Assembly (NCBI GenBank): GCA_963804375.1
Contig: CAWDQE010000019.1
Coordinates: 481,712 to 545,711 of the forward strand
Source: an uncultured Planctomycetia bacterium
Lineage (GTDB): Bacteria; Planctomycetota; Planctomycetia; Pirellulales; Thermoguttaceae
Length of the DNA: 64,000 nucleotides
Direction: 5' to 3'
In this document: positions 9,002-20,298 of the stretch, piece after piece
How positions within the stretch are numbered: the stretch's first letter is position 1
How the letters are laid out: every line of letters begins with the position of its first letter
The notes under the pieces: generated by a model
What the model was told of the DNA's origin: nothing
What the model saw: the letters and a program-made list of their open reading frames with translations, nothing else
Database searches by the model: none
Position numbers and translations under genes: made by a program

Positions 9002-10426
9002 CGTGATCAGCGGCAATCAGGCGGTCGGGGCCGTGGGCTTCACGGTCCTTGGCGGCGGCCTCCTCAACCTGGGAACCGCGAGCGTGGAGGCTTGCACTTT
9101 CTCGAACAACCAGGCCACCGGCGGCGGCGCGTTTGACAACCTCGGCGGCAGCGTCGGCGGGGCCATTGACAACTTTGGCGGCCCCCAAGGGGGCTCCAAC
9201 CTTAAGGTCAGCGACAGTGTTTTTGACGGCAACCAGGCTGTGGCTGCCGGTGGGGCTTATTATTTCGGCCTCGGCGGTGCGTTTGAGAGCGACTCGGGAC
9301 TGAACGCCTACAATCCGGCATTGGCCGATGCCTCCACGGCGGCCTTCACCAAGTGCACCTTCGTCAACAACGTGGCGACGGGCGGCCCGAACGCGATTGC
9401 GGATGGGGGCGCGATCGTCAACGAGGGGTTTGGAACGACCTTATCGCTCACCGATTGCACCGTGAGCGGCAACCTTGCCGTCGGCGGCGGCGGCGACGGC
9501 ATCACCACCGGCGATTCGGAAGGAAATGGCGGGGGCATCGACAACGCCGTCGGGACTACCCTCAACATCGTGCGCTGCACTATCGCGAACAACGTGGCCC
9601 AGGGCGGCGATAACGCGGTCCTCAGCGACAGCGACCCGTTCGCCAGCGTCGCCTGTGGCGGCGGCATTGAAAACAATGCGAATTCCGTGCTCAACATCAG
9701 CGATTCGGTCATCACGGGCAACAGGGCCAAGGGCGGCAATATGACTACCCAGCCAGGCCCAGGCGGCGATGCGCTGGGCGGCGGTATCAGTAACAGCGAG
9801 TTCGCTAATTTCAACGATTACTACACCGTAACGCCGCCGTTGCCGCCGGGGACCGTGAACATGACGGACTGCCTTGTGGCCGACAACAGCGCGATCGCCG
9901 GGCGCGGTGGCCCGGGCGTCAACACCAACCTCGTGAATGCCCAGGGCGGCTTCGCCTTCGGTGGGGGTGTCGACACCTCGCACAACGGCTCGATCTCCAA
10001 CATTAAGGACTCCACCATTATCGACAACGAGGCCGCCGGCGGCGCGGGTGGCAGCGGCAACAATGGCGGCGATGCCTATGGCGGCGGCCTGGGGGCCGGG
10101 TATGGCATCCTGATGGCCGTTCCCGAAGGCTCCCAATTGACGGTTACCAATTCGGTCGTCGCCAGCAATCAGGCCATCGGCGGTTTGGGCGGCGCGGCGC
10201 CAACGGCGGAGACGGCCTGGGCGGAGGCCTGTTTATCAACAACACTTGCAGCGCAAGCGTGAATGCTAGCGTGATCGCTCTTAACTTGGCCCTTGGCGGC
10301 TCCGGAGGTACTGGCGGCCAGGGCATTGGGGGCGGGGTTTACAACGATGGAACGTTTGCGAAGGATCACTTGACGGCGATCGACTTCAACTTCGCTTCCT
10401 ACATGTACGACAACATTTTTGGCTAG
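8976..10426 (+). pseudogene. Pmp-like parallel beta-helix repeat protein, 5'-truncated and frameshifted (~10195)
   Basis: About 25-aa repeats of type C.(V/I)S.N.A.GGGG...GGGI.N...L recur throughout (NDVISGNQAVGAVG..., CTVSGNLAVGGGGDG, SVITGNRAKGG, CLVADNSAIAGRGG, STIIDNEAAGGAGG, SVVASNQAIGGLGG). The frame opens only at 8976, with no N-terminus or signal peptide. After ~10195 the repeats continue in another frame (GANGGDGLGGGLFINNTCSASVNASVIALNLALGGSGGTGGQGIGGGVYNDG...YMYDNIFG) to stop at 10424-10426. Confidence 0.65.
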
Positions 10427-10767
10427 CCAAGCGGCGGCGGGAGCGCAGCTCAACTTTCGCAGCGTTTCTTCTGGCAATGACGTGCGCCAGTTGCTTTGGG
10501 GCCAACCAGGCACCGACTCCGGCTTTGCCCCCGGCCGTCCAGCAAGCGATCGACAAGCTCACGGCCGACACCCAGGCATTCGCCGCAGCATCCAACAGCC
10601 TGGCAGGCACCCAGGCAGCGGCGGCCCAGGCCCAGGCCCTGTTCGCGGCATTGCAGGCCCAGGTGGCGGCCGCCCCCACCAGCGGTGTTGTGAAACCAGT
10701 TTCAGTATATTCCCGCCGCGCCCCGAAATGCCATGCCCCGTTAGGCGGAAATCCGCGTGGCCGGCGG

Positions 10768-13447
10768 CTATGGGTTCCAAAGGCGGTAGATCCGCTGCTT
10801 CTGACGGTCGTCGGCGCGGGCATAGGACAGCACGACTTTTTCAAGTCCGTCGCAGAGCCGGCGGACTGTTTCAAGATACGAGAAATCGGCCGCCGCCTGG
10901 GAAGCCCCGGGCAGGGCCGGCAAGCGGCCTTCGCCGATGCTCTTCATGCGGGCGTGCGCGGCTGCCAGGCAGGCCACGGCCAAGCGCGCGTGCGCCGCCT
11001 CGTAGCTCTCGCCCAGGCCCGCATCGACCAGCCGCTTGTGGAATGTACGGATACCGCCAACCCGCGACACTAGTTGGCCCCAATCGATGACTGGCTGTGA
11101 CGGCTCCCTGTGCGCCTCTACCGGCTTGCCGTTGACATAGAGCGCGAGCTTGCCGTCACCAGCGGCCGTGGCCGCCACGTGGACCCACTTGTCAGCCGGC
11201 AATTTGGCGTCAAAGGAAATGACGCCCGCCTCGACGATCAACCGTAACGAGTTGCCCGGGCACGTGTCCAAGAGGAAAGCGTTCGATGTGCCAACCTCGC
11301 TCTTGTCGATGATGCGGCCACCTCCCTGCGGCAGCGTGGCCGGACGGATCCAGGCGTCGAGGGTCAGTGCTTCCGTCAGGTTCAGACGTGGATCGTGGGC
11401 CACCTCCAAATACCCGCGGCCGGTGAAGTGCGCCACCTTGCCGTAGGGACTGTCGATCACAGGAACCTCGCCTACGATCTTCGCCGCCAGATGAGGTCCG
11501 CGCCGGTTGGGGACGCGACCCGCCTCGCGGTTGCCGGGCATCCAATCGCCGACCAGGCATCGGTCTTCGACAACCTTGCCCGGCGCCGCGCGGGCCAGGT
11601 CTGCGATTTCTTGCGGCGCCAATGCCCGGCTGAAGACTCTTGCCTCGGCGATGGCGCCAAGGAAACGGCTTCCCCCGTCGCTGTCCGCCCCGATTCGCAA
11701 GGGCCGTTGGTTGGTGACGGCCACCGGCGCGGCGGCGCGGGAGGGAAGCGCCAGCGGGACCACATCGGCCGGGAGGGCGCACGGGTCCAGTCGCTTCGGC
11801 ACGAACGAATCCGCTTTGGCGTCCCCGAAGACAATCTGGATGACCGCCTCGTCGGGCACCTGCTCGTATGGCAACTGCACAATCTGCGCGGTAAAGTCCT
11901 TCCAGGGCTTGCCATTCACGGAAACGCCCGTAATCTTCCCTTGCCCCGCCGTGGCCAGATAGAGCCGCTTCAGGCCGAAACGGATGGGAAAGTGCTGCTC
12001 CAGCCGCGTGATCTTCGCTGGGATATGCGGCACGATCGTCAACCCGTCCGCGCGATAGAGGTACTCGAACAGCCCGCGGACCATGGCTGCCGGCACGCCC
12101 CAGTTGTCATACACACAGTTGATCGGCAGCCCCGGTTGGTAGGGCGCATTGCCGAAATCGACCAACGGGTTGTCCATACGGAACCGCCGGGCGTAGTCGA
12201 GCATCTTCTTCATCGAACGCCGCGCGTCCTCGTGCTTGCCGAGCCGATAATAGGCCATGATCATCCGCGCCTCGCAGGTTGACCAGTGGCCGCCGTTAAC
12301 CCACGTGCCGAAGCCCCACAACCCGCCGCGGTCGCCCGGCTCATACATGTCGTCCAGCCCGGGATCGTTGGTGATGACCAGGTCGTGGCGGCGCAGGCCA
12401 GGGATCGAGGCGAGTTTCCGGTAGATCTTCTCCGACTGCTCGTCGTCGGCCACGCGGAAACAGACGGCGTCGTGATTCGCGACCGCCTCGAAGTACCCGT
12501 GCCGGGCGGCGCCATAGACGCCGTGGCGCGTGCCGTCCGGATCGAGCGATTTGATGAAATAACCCTCGTCGGTGGTCAAGAGCGGCAGTCCCTTGCGCAA
12601 GCTCGCGGCGCTGGCTGTATAGCCTGACTTTGTCCCCACTGCCGGCGAGTTTTTCCAGTTCAATCAAGCGGTCCAGCGCCGCGATATAGGTGATGGAAAG
12701 TCCCGCCAGGTAGGAGGGCTCGAACTTGCCGCCGGGCCTCTTCCAGCCGGCATGGCTGGGCGCCAGCAAGTTGCCAGCGGGCCCGGCCAGGAAGAGGTTG
12801 TTCTTCGGATCGCGGCGGCTTTCGATGAAATTAGCCGATCGCTCCAGCATCGGCAGGTAATGCCGGATCGCATTCGCGTCGCGAGTCGTGAGCAGCAATT
12901 CCGCTTGCATCACCACGCCGGCGGCCGTGAACTCCATGCACCAATCGTGGATGTCCACTCGGCCGTCACCCTGCTTGGCAACCGACCAGCCCGGCCGGGC
13001 GGCATCGCACAGGCAGCCGTCCGGTGGGACCCACGCGAAATTGTTGAACGGTCGCGGCGTCTTGCCGTCGCCCATCTGATCGAACCACAGGTCCTGGGAA
13101 TTCTGCAGGAAGCAAAGGAACGGTTCCTGCAAGAACGGCAGTGCGCAGTAGGTCGGCCCATAGCTGTTTTGGATCCACCATGCGTCCCAGGTGGGGCCCT
13201 CGACCAGGCCGTTCCAGGCGGGCATATAGAACATAGCCATGTTCTGGAACTCGGGATCGGGCTCGAACATCCGCCGGGAGATGTCGAGCAGTTGCAGGTA
13301 CTCCGAGTCGCCTTCGCCGCGGTAGAACTGCCCTGCGAAATGTTCCGCACCCAAAACCACTGCCGGCGCGATCGAGATCGCCAGGCCGAGGAAGCAGGTG
13401 ATCCTTGCAGCCACCGCCGATCGCGAAAAGGAGGGATTATTATTCAT
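10768..13447 (-). pseudogene. Large secreted (alpha/alpha)6-barrel glycosidase-like protein with LamG/concanavalin-like domains, split by one frameshift (~12626; possible assembly indel)
   Basis: ORF 12341-13528 is real from MNNNPSFSRSAVAARITCFLGLAISIAPAVVLGA to ...LIELEKLAGSGDKV. It abuts ORF 10768-12663, which is real from GYTASAASLRKGLPLLTTDEGYF. The six-hairpin-like segment reads WGFGTWVNGGHWSTCEARMIMAYYRLG. The LamG-type segments read LRIGADSDGGSRFLGAIAEARVFSRALAPQEIADL and GKLALYVNGKPV. Confidence 0.75.
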
Positions 13448-13708
13448 CGCATGGGCTCCATCTTCAATTGTAGACTGACGCTGGCTTGCCACCGCGCGAA
13501 CCGCAATCGCGAACATACTGCAAGGCAATTGGCGGGGAATCGCTTGCCGGGGCCAAGGCTGACGGGCTGACCATCGTCGTGGCCGGGAGGTCCTTCAGGT
13601 GGTATTTCCGGTTTCGACTCCGCTCGGATATGCCCCGAGCAGCAACAGTGCCCCCCCATGTTAACAAATTGGCGAGTAACTCTCCAGTTAGCAAGCTAGT
13701 CCCGCCCC

Positions 13709-14542
13709 TTGCCTCGTGGCCAGGGAGGCCCTGGGGTGGTAGAATGCCGGTTTCTCGACGGCGTTCTCTACGTGCCCGAAGAGGACGCCTATTACATCTA
13801 CTACTCGGGCACCACGGGCTCAGTCCAAGATCGGATTGGACTGGCGATCTGCCCGGCGGGTGCCGACGGCTACTCTGGGGTGACCGCGGCTGCAATTACC
13901 CGCTACGGCACCGGACCGGTACTGGCCCCGGAGCCGGCTGCGCCCTTCCATGAGGAGATGGTTTCCCAGGCTGCGGTCTTGCGGAACTGGGACGCCACCG
14001 TGCGCCGATGGGACTGGTATATGTACTACTCCTACCGCGGGAAGGACGGCACGCTCCCCGGTATCCGCCTGGCCACTTCGCACGACGGCAAGCACTGGAC
14101 GCGGCAGTTCAACGCCCGCGATCCGCGCGGCATGGGGCAGATCTTTCGCTCGACGCCGAACGCCTACTACGAGTGGCACCAGGCGTTCAAGGTCGATTCG
14201 ACGTATGTCCTCTGCATCGAGGTGGGCGTGAACCGCGGTGCGCGCTGGCGGCCCGTGCTGGCCGTCAGCAAGGACCCGGCCCGAGACTGGACCCAACTTG
14301 ATCCCGACACGATGCTCCAGACCGCGTGGTCGGGACTCTACGACGACCGCACGCTCTACCATGTCGCGACGCCGGCGCTCTATCGGATTGCAGGGAAGTG
14401 GTATCTGTTCGCCCAGGCCTGCGGTCGGCCTGCCAACGACAACTATATCGACGGCGCCTGGGAAATGTGGTGCATCGCTTGCGACCGCCGCATTCCCACA
14501 CTTCCGGGTTGCGCCGAACTTCACATCCCCGGCTCGCCTTGA
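13709..14542 (+). CDS. Five-bladed beta-propeller glycosidase-like protein (GH43/32/130-like), possibly 5'-truncated
   Basis: 277-aa ORF with a TTG start in the track. Blade-like repeats: YYIYYSGTTGSVQDRIGLAI, WYMYYSYRGKDGTLPGIRLATSHDGKHWTR, YVLCIEVGVNRG..PVLAVSKDPARDW, LYRIAGKWYLFAQA. I count only about four blades, with no signal peptide. The family assignment is tentative. Confidence 0.45.
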   Translation: MPRGQGGPGVVECRFLDGVLYVPEEDAYYIYYSGTTGSVQDRIGLAICPAGADGYSGVTAAAITRYGTGPVLAPEPAAPFHEEMVSQAAVLRNWDATVRRWDWYMYYSYRGKDGTLPGIRLATSHDGKHWTRQFNARDPRGMGQIFRSTPNAYYEWHQAFKVDSTYVLCIEVGVNRGARWRPVLAVSKDPARDWTQLDPDTMLQTAWSGLYDDRTLYHVATPALYRIAGKWYLFAQACGRPANDNYIDGAWEMWCIACDRRIPTLPGCAELHIPGSP

Positions 14543-14785
14543 CCACGGATTGTTCTCATTTCGACACGCACGATCGTCGAACTCTGCCATCGTCTGCGCG
14601 AACCACTCCAGAAGCCCTACCGAACGTTTCATATGACCGTGATGGAGAGCTTCCCGCGAGTTGCATTCGTGCCCCTCGTGAGCAATAATATCGCCCGAGC
14701 TTAAGTCCGTCAATCCTCCCTGGGAGAATATCATGGTCCGGTTTCACGCGTGGGCGATTCGGATAAACGCTCGTATTGTCCCCGC

Positions 14786-14974
14786 TCATGTCGGGAAGAA
14801 CACCCGACTTACCCACATCAAAAGACCGAGCAATACGCCCCCGAGAATAAGGCTCCCAACGATTAGCTTCTTCTCAATGGGAAGCAACGACTCGTACTCC
14901 ATTTTCTTGAGTTCGTCGACGAACTTAGGGTCGTTGATGGTCGGATCGTCGATTAACTCGGGCTTATTTGCCAT
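14786..14974 (-). CDS. Small single-pass membrane protein (62 aa)
   Basis: MANKPELIDDPTINDPKFVDELKKMEYESLLPIEKKLIVGSLILGGVLLGLLMWVSRVFFPT has a charged N-terminus and one hydrophobic helix. Its start lies 2 nt after the stop of the upstream transporter gene on the same strand. Confidence 0.4.
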   Translation of the reverse strand: MANKPELIDDPTINDPKFVDELKKMEYESLLPIEKKLIVGSLILGGVLLGLLMWVSRVFFPT

Positions 14975-14975
14975 A

Positions 14976-16421
14976 TCAGCCTCCGATAAGTGGCGGTTTC
15001 ACGCCGTGAAAGAACAACCAGGAGATCGCCAGGCCAATCCAGATAACGAACCCGAACAGGCAGACGAGATAAACGGCAATCAACCTGCCGATCCCTTGTT
15101 CCCACAGCTTCTTGAAATTCGACACGACTCCGATCGAAAAGAATGTCATTGTAAAGAAGATGCCGCGAAAGACATTGGCTTCGGCCATCGCCAACTTGGC
15201 GTTTGCCTTCAACTTCGGTGCGAATACAGCGATGAGCACGATCACGAGGAAGGTAATGATATACCCGAACACGAACTTGGGGACCCGTTGCCATATTTCA
15301 CCGACGCGGACTTTATCGCCGGGCCTCCCTTCGATCTTCGTAGACCAGATCACGGCCAGGACAAACGACCAGACTCCAATGAAGATGTCTATGAAAACCT
15401 TCACGGTTGCAGCCGTGCCCATCACCCAGCCTTCCTCGTAGGTCATGCCATCCACCTCTTGCTTCTTGGCCCGGATCAAGGAATCCGTTACCGCTCCGGC
15501 GGCGACCGCGGCGCCGTCGGTTTTCACGGCCAGTCCCATCCAGGCGCCCGCGACCATCGGTTCCTGATAAAGGAACTTTTGTGCCGCAAATGGAAGCACG
15601 ATTAATTCGACCATAGCGAAGATCACGACAAGCGACGAAACCATAATCGGCACGGTCGGCCTGGCGCGAATCGCCGCGCCGGTCGCAATGGCCGCCGCGA
15701 CACCGCAGATCGAGATACCCGATGCCAAGGGAGCGGACCACTCGCGGCTGAATTTGAAGACCTTCCGCGCCACGAAGTAGACCAGAGCCCAATAAATCAA
15801 ATAGGCTTCGACGATTGCGCATAGTCCGCGAAACATGACGGCGGTCGCCAGGCTCCATTGCTCGATGGCGGCGATGCCCAGGAATCCCCCCAGGATGACG
15901 ATCGCGGTCTTGATATACCATTCCGGCAGGATCGCCGTCTTGATCGATTCCGCAAACCTCGGGAAACCGTTCCCTACGACCAGACCGGCAAGCAAAGCCA
16001 GAAGGAACCCGGCTTCCGCGGTAAAGTTCAACGACCAATGGATGCCTAAACTCTTCAATGTGTCGGGGGTTGCCGCAATGTGCGCATAGCTCCCCGCGAT
16101 CCAACAAGCATAGCTGATCCAAAAGATTGCGGTGAAGCCGCGTGCGAACGCGCCGATCCGAAGTCGCAGTGCCCGTGCGCCGAGGGTGCTTGCCAGTAAT
16201 AGGAAGAAGTAGGTTGAAAGTAGCGACAGAATGCCAGGAAGCCAGTCATAAGTCTTCGAAACGGGCACGAATGCGTTGGTTAGCTGTACCCATACTTGGG
16301 TCTTTATGCCCCAGCCCAATAGATCGACACCTGCCAATACGCCTAAAGATAAGGCAAAGATCGACAATCCACCCCAAACAGCTAACCAGTCTTCGCTCAG
16401 TTTTGGTCTTTCTTCCGACAT
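14976..16421 (-). CDS. YeiH/UPF0324-type polytopic membrane transporter ('putative sulfate exporter family')
   Basis: 481-aa ORF with many hydrophobic helices (GGLSIFALSLGVLAGV..., ILGGFLGIAAIEQWSLATAVMFRGLCAIVEAYLIYWALVYF, ISICGVAAAIATGAAIRA). The ISICG.AA motif region is typical of this family. GC looks lower than in neighbouring genes. Confidence 0.75.
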   Translation of the reverse strand: MSEERPKLSEDWLAVWGGLSIFALSLGVLAGVDLLGWGIKTQVWVQLTNAFVPVSKTYDWLPGILSLLSTYFFLLLASTLGARALRLRIGAFARGFTAIFWISYACWIAGSYAHIAATPDTLKSLGIHWSLNFTAEAGFLLALLAGLVVGNGFPRFAESIKTAILPEWYIKTAIVILGGFLGIAAIEQWSLATAVMFRGLCAIVEAYLIYWALVYFVARKVFKFSREWSAPLASGISICGVAAAIATGAAIRARPTVPIMVSSLVVIFAMVELIVLPFAAQKFLYQEPMVAGAWMGLAVKTDGAAVAAGAVTDSLIRAKKQEVDGMTYEEGWVMGTAATVKVFIDIFIGVWSFVLAVIWSTKIEGRPGDKVRVGEIWQRVPKFVFGYIITFLVIVLIAVFAPKLKANAKLAMAEANVFRGIFFTMTFFSIGVVSNFKKLWEQGIGRLIAVYLVCLFGFVIWIGLAISWLFFHGVKPPLIGG

Positions 16422-16456
16422 GCGTCGCCACCTCGTTACCGATTATTGTGCGGTAG

Positions 16457-16485
16457 ATTCTACCAGCCGCATCCACAAGTCGCAA
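16457..16485 (-). promoter_or_regulatory. Sigma-70-like promoter candidate for the transporter gene (TTGCGA-N17-TAGAAT)
   Basis: On the reverse strand, TTGCGA (16485-16480), a 17-nt spacer, then TAGAAT (16462-16457) preceded by TGG, about 35 nt upstream of the ATG at 16421. This is a motif match only; planctomycete promoter rules are poorly known. Confidence 0.3.
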
Positions 16486-16630
16486 CTCAGCCCACGACAC
16501 AAATGTCTCGCTCACGACGCCGCCCGGCAGCAGCCGAAGTCGGTAACCGTCAATAAATCGCCACCCTTGCGGCACGTGGTAAGCCGAGTGCGTGGGTTCG
16601 ATCTACCAGCGACATTCGGAGGACCAAGCG

Positions 16631-16981
16631 ATGGCGAGGGCCAGGAGTGCGGATCGGCAGCAGTATTGGCGGGAAGTTATTGAGTGTCAGCAGGCCAGCG
16701 GACAGAGCATCGCGGGGTTCTGCTCCAGGGAGGGACTGGCTCCGGCCTCGTTTCAGGCCTGGATACGGCGGCTGCGGCGATCTCGGTGCGGAATCGACCA
16801 GGGGTCAGTGACCGCATTGTCGTGGCTGGTCCCACCCAGTTACTTCATCACTCCTTCATCAAATCCCTGCACGCAGACTTTTGCGTCTTCCCTCTCGCGA
16901 CGACGACCTCCAGCGGGCCCTCGCCCGCAAGCTTCCTGCCACGAAACTCTGCCTGGCCGCCGGAGGGCAGCCCCAGGCTGA
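16631..16981 (+). pseudogene. Orphan IS66-type accessory (TnpA/Orf1-like HTH) gene remnant
   Basis: MARARSADRQQYWREVIECQQASGQSIAGFCSREGLAPASFQAWIRRLRRS resembles the N-terminal HTH of IS66-family Orf1 / IS3-type small transposase subunits. No TnpB or TnpC follows. The 3' part of the ORF overlaps the convergent gene end at 16848. Confidence 0.35.
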
Positions 16982-19900
16982 AGTTCTCCGCGTTGCTCAC
17001 TTTCACGACCAGGCAGGACGCGCGGGCCTGGATTCCGTCGGCATCGATCGCCTGCGACCGCGTGTCCAAGAGGATGTAATGCGTTTCGCCTTTCCAAACG
17101 ACCTTGACCCCCCGCTCGCCCTGCCAGTTCTCGATTGCCGGTCGCGATTCATGCGACGCGTAGGGGAAGAGCACGAAGAGGAACCCTTGGCCCTTCTGGC
17201 CCTCGACGCGGCAGAGCACCTGTTTTTCGCTGAACGGCTTGCCGAACCTGGCCTGGTGCCGCTGGGCGACGATTGGCTCGCACTGGTCGTGGATGAAGGT
17301 GTCTTTGTAGAGCTTCACCCGCGACGGCACGGCGACGTAGAGATCGGTGTCCACGCCGAACTGGCCCCGATAGCGGGCGCTGCGCTCGGCCAGATCCACG
17401 TCGGCGGCGAACCACCAGCCGTTGAAGCTGGGCGTGCGCTGCTCGAACCGGGCCAGGTCGTCGCGGACGACGAGGTAGTTCATGCCCGCCGCCCGGGCGG
17501 CCTTGACGTACAGGATGCGCCGCGTCCAAGTGAAGGGCCGATCGAGCGGCACCGTGGGCGGCGCGGCCTGCGCGGCCAGGGCCATGGCGTAGTTGTCTTG
17601 CCGCGTGGGGACCTCGGCCAGGGCCTTGACGGCCACCTTGCCTTCCAGCAAGGCTGCACCGGGGGCGTCGGTCGCCAGCGTCACCAGCCCGCGCGTCTCC
17701 GTGATCCGCTGCGTCTTCTCGTCGAAACCGACCTGCCAGTGCAGCCGCGGCGCGCGGCCGCCCAAGTCCACGAAGGGCTGGTTGTGATCGTGGTACCAAT
17801 TGCCAGGCTGGTCCTTGCCGGGCGCAGGCCCGCCGCCGGGGCGGACGTCCCAGGCAAGTGTGGTGTGGCTCGCCGCGGTGCAGGCCATCGGCTGGTACAT
17901 CGCGCCCTCGAAATCGGTGAGCGGCACGCCCTTCTCGTTCCAGGTGAAACCGAACTGGTCGGTGTTGGCATGGTCGATCATGAAATCGCCGCCGACCATC
18001 GCCAGGTACGCCTCCTCGGGCGTGCCGAGTTCCCGGTAGCGTAGAAACGCGCCGAAGCCGCGGTTGACCTGCGGCGCCATCCGCAGGGCGCGGCGCGATG
18101 GCCGTGTCGATCACCAGGGCGTCGGGGATGCCCATGCCGCCGCCCAGGTCGCGGCCCCCTTCGTTCCAAAGCTGCACGAGCTGGCCGGCCAGTTCCGGAT
18201 CGCTCCGCTTGAAGAACCGCGCCAAGATCGCCGGCAGCGGCGAGCTGCCGGGCCGCGTGTCGCCCTCGTTCATGAGCACGCGGATCCCCCAGCGGACGTC
18301 GATGGGCTTCATCAACTGCATGTAGTAGCGGGCGAACCGCTTCAATGCCGGCGCGGTGGACATGTCCTCCGCCAAGCCGCTATTGGCCATCGCGATCCAG
18401 GCGTAGAAGCTCGTGATCGAGGCGCCAATGTAGTGCGGGCAACTGATGTGCGTGCCGTCCGGCGCATACTCCGTCTGCAACAGCATGCGGAAGTAGCGGC
18501 CGGTCTCCTTCATCCACGCCCTCGCCATGGGATGATCGGAAAGGACCGAGGCGAGGATGGCCCGCCCGCCCCAGCGGCCCACGGGCATGTTCATGGAGCC
18601 CCAACCGTAGTTGATCTGCTTGTCGGGCCAGGCGTCCGGGGAAACCAGGGCGTAGGTGAGGATGGCGAGTTTCTTTTTCAACGCGCGGGCCTGCTCGGGC
18701 CTGCACAGCGGCGCGCCGCAGAGGTTGTCCACCCCGCCGGCCACGACCATCGCGTGCCAGTAGCCCAGCATCCAGCCGGGGTAGCCGACCGTGTTGTCCA
18801 TGCCGTGCGACCAATAGCCGGCGATCATGAGGTCGGCCTGCCTGTTGATGGCGTCGTAGTCGCGGTCGAAGTTGGGCTGGTCCTGGTGGCGAAGGAAGAA
18901 GTCCAGCGTGTTGCCGGGCGAATCAATCCCCTTGCCCTTGAGCCGCGCGTAGTACGCTTCTTTCTCCTCCGGCTTGATGAACAAGCGCGGGTAATCGTTG
19001 TTCATCGCCCAGTCGGTGATCCAGTGCCGCGTGATGTCCAGGCCCATCGAGCGCTGCACGCGCTCGGCGTCCAGGGCGGTGGGCGAAGTGGCCGCGGGGT
19101 CGAGCATCTCCTTGCGGGTGGAAACGCGGATGGCCCACGCGCGGCGACCCAGGCCGATGGGACACTCGATCTCCAGTTGCCTGCCGCCCTGCCGGGAGAT
19201 CAGCCGCATGTCGTTGGCCCCCGTGCGGAGCGTGATGCCCTGGGGCGCGGGCAGGACGTTCGGGTTTCGCCACTTGCGCACCGAGTGCGTATACACCGCC
19301 ACGGCGTCGGCGCCGTCGTCCCTGGTCGGGCTGGTGAGGTACCACAGCACGGCATCGGGCCGCCACTGCGTGTGGCCGGCAAGGTACTTCTCCAGCCGCC
19401 GCTGCTTGCCATTGGCAATCGCGTACTCGGCCAGCCCGGGCCCGTGGTTGTCGATGGCCACCCGGCCCTTGTCCGAGTCGGTCGAGGCCTGGCCGTAGTA
19501 GGTGATGTGCTTGGGCCGGTAGGCATCGCTCGCCAGGCGAAAGACCCAGTTGTTGGGATGCGTTTCCTCCAACCCCTCACGGTCGCCGTACCAGCTCCAC
19601 CACTCCCAGGCCAACTCGTCCTTGTCGTCGGCGTAGTGCTTGAACGCGTACTTGTCGTCAGGGCCGACGTCGAAGCTCTCGTCCACGTCGATGGAGTGCG
19701 AACCGCTCCACAGCCCCACCTGTACGACGTGCGTCTTGCCGTTGTCGAAGGTCGTCGTCACCCGCGCGGCCAACCGTAGCGGGCCTTTTTCCAGCAACTC
19801 GGTCTTGGAACTGACGGGCTGGGCCGATTTCGTGTCGTACGTGCCACCGCCCGTCCACTTGCCCGAGGCCGTGCGTATGCCGAGGATGGGCGAAACGTTG

Positions 19901-20298
19901 CCCGCTGCCCCGTTGTTCAGCCGCACAGCGGTATGCTTGTTGGCCAACACCAGCCCGCCCTTTTCAATGGCAACGCCCAGGTCCGTTGCCGTCGGGCCCT
20001 GCTGGTCGATGTCCGCCGTGAGGGTCGTAGCAGCGTCCTTGGCCAGCCGATCGATGATCAGCAGCACGTGGACGCCGTCGGCCGTGGCGACGACCTGGGC
20101 GGGGATCGGCCTGCCATCCCGCTTGACCAGGACCTTGTCGCCCTTCACCCCCGGCAGTTCCCACGTAATTGGTTCATTGATCCAGGGACGGCCGAGATTG
20201 TCCTTGATCGTGAGATCGTACTGCGCGGCAGAGCCGGCATCAGCAACGGCCAATAGGCAGCCGCACAGCCCCGCGCAAAGCGTCTGAATGATTCGCAT
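16848..20298 (-). pseudogene. Large secreted heparinase II/III-like (polysaccharide lyase fold) protein, split by one frameshift (~18090; possible assembly indel)
   Basis: Start MRIIQTLCAGLCGCLLAVADAGSA at 20298, with GGAGAGG upstream. ORF 17149-20595 is real up to ...GMGIPDALVIDTAIAPR and then turns into Arg-rich nonsense. ORF 16848-18080 continues MAPQVNRGFGAFLRY...GGDFMIDHANTDQFGFTW, resembling the heparinase II/III C-terminal H.H.D..sF segment. The alpha-toroid-like middle reads YWHAMVVAGGVDNL...CPHYIGASITSFYAW. Confidence 0.7.

Noticed and set aside
10477-11073. Ala/Gln-rich ORF (..AAAAQAQALFAALQAQVAAAP..) downstream of the beta-helix pseudogene
   Set aside because: The first ~90 codons are low-complexity. 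The remainder overlaps the well-supported C-terminus of the convergent gene (10768 onward). I found no start context or homology.
13820-14816. - strand ORFs 13820-14734 and 14556-14816, whose 5' parts (..GGLTDLSSGDIIAHEGHECNS.., ..VKPDHDILPG..) faintly suggest a small frameshifted gene in the 14.55-14.78 kb gap
   Set aside because: I recognise no family. Most of the 13820-14734 ORF is antisense to the beta-propeller gene. The evidence is too weak to annotate.
18064-19779. 571-aa + strand ORF. Similar long antisense ORFs lie at 16881-18044, 25519-26733, 31340-32398, 34011-35363, 35281-36684, 39121-40587, 42321-44213, 44144-45430, 47309-48556, 56910-58823 and 59362-60696.
   Set aside because: All lie opposite ORFs with clear family motifs. 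All are Arg/Gly/Pro/His-rich, with no recognisable domains or signal peptides. They are classic GC-rich shadow ORFs.
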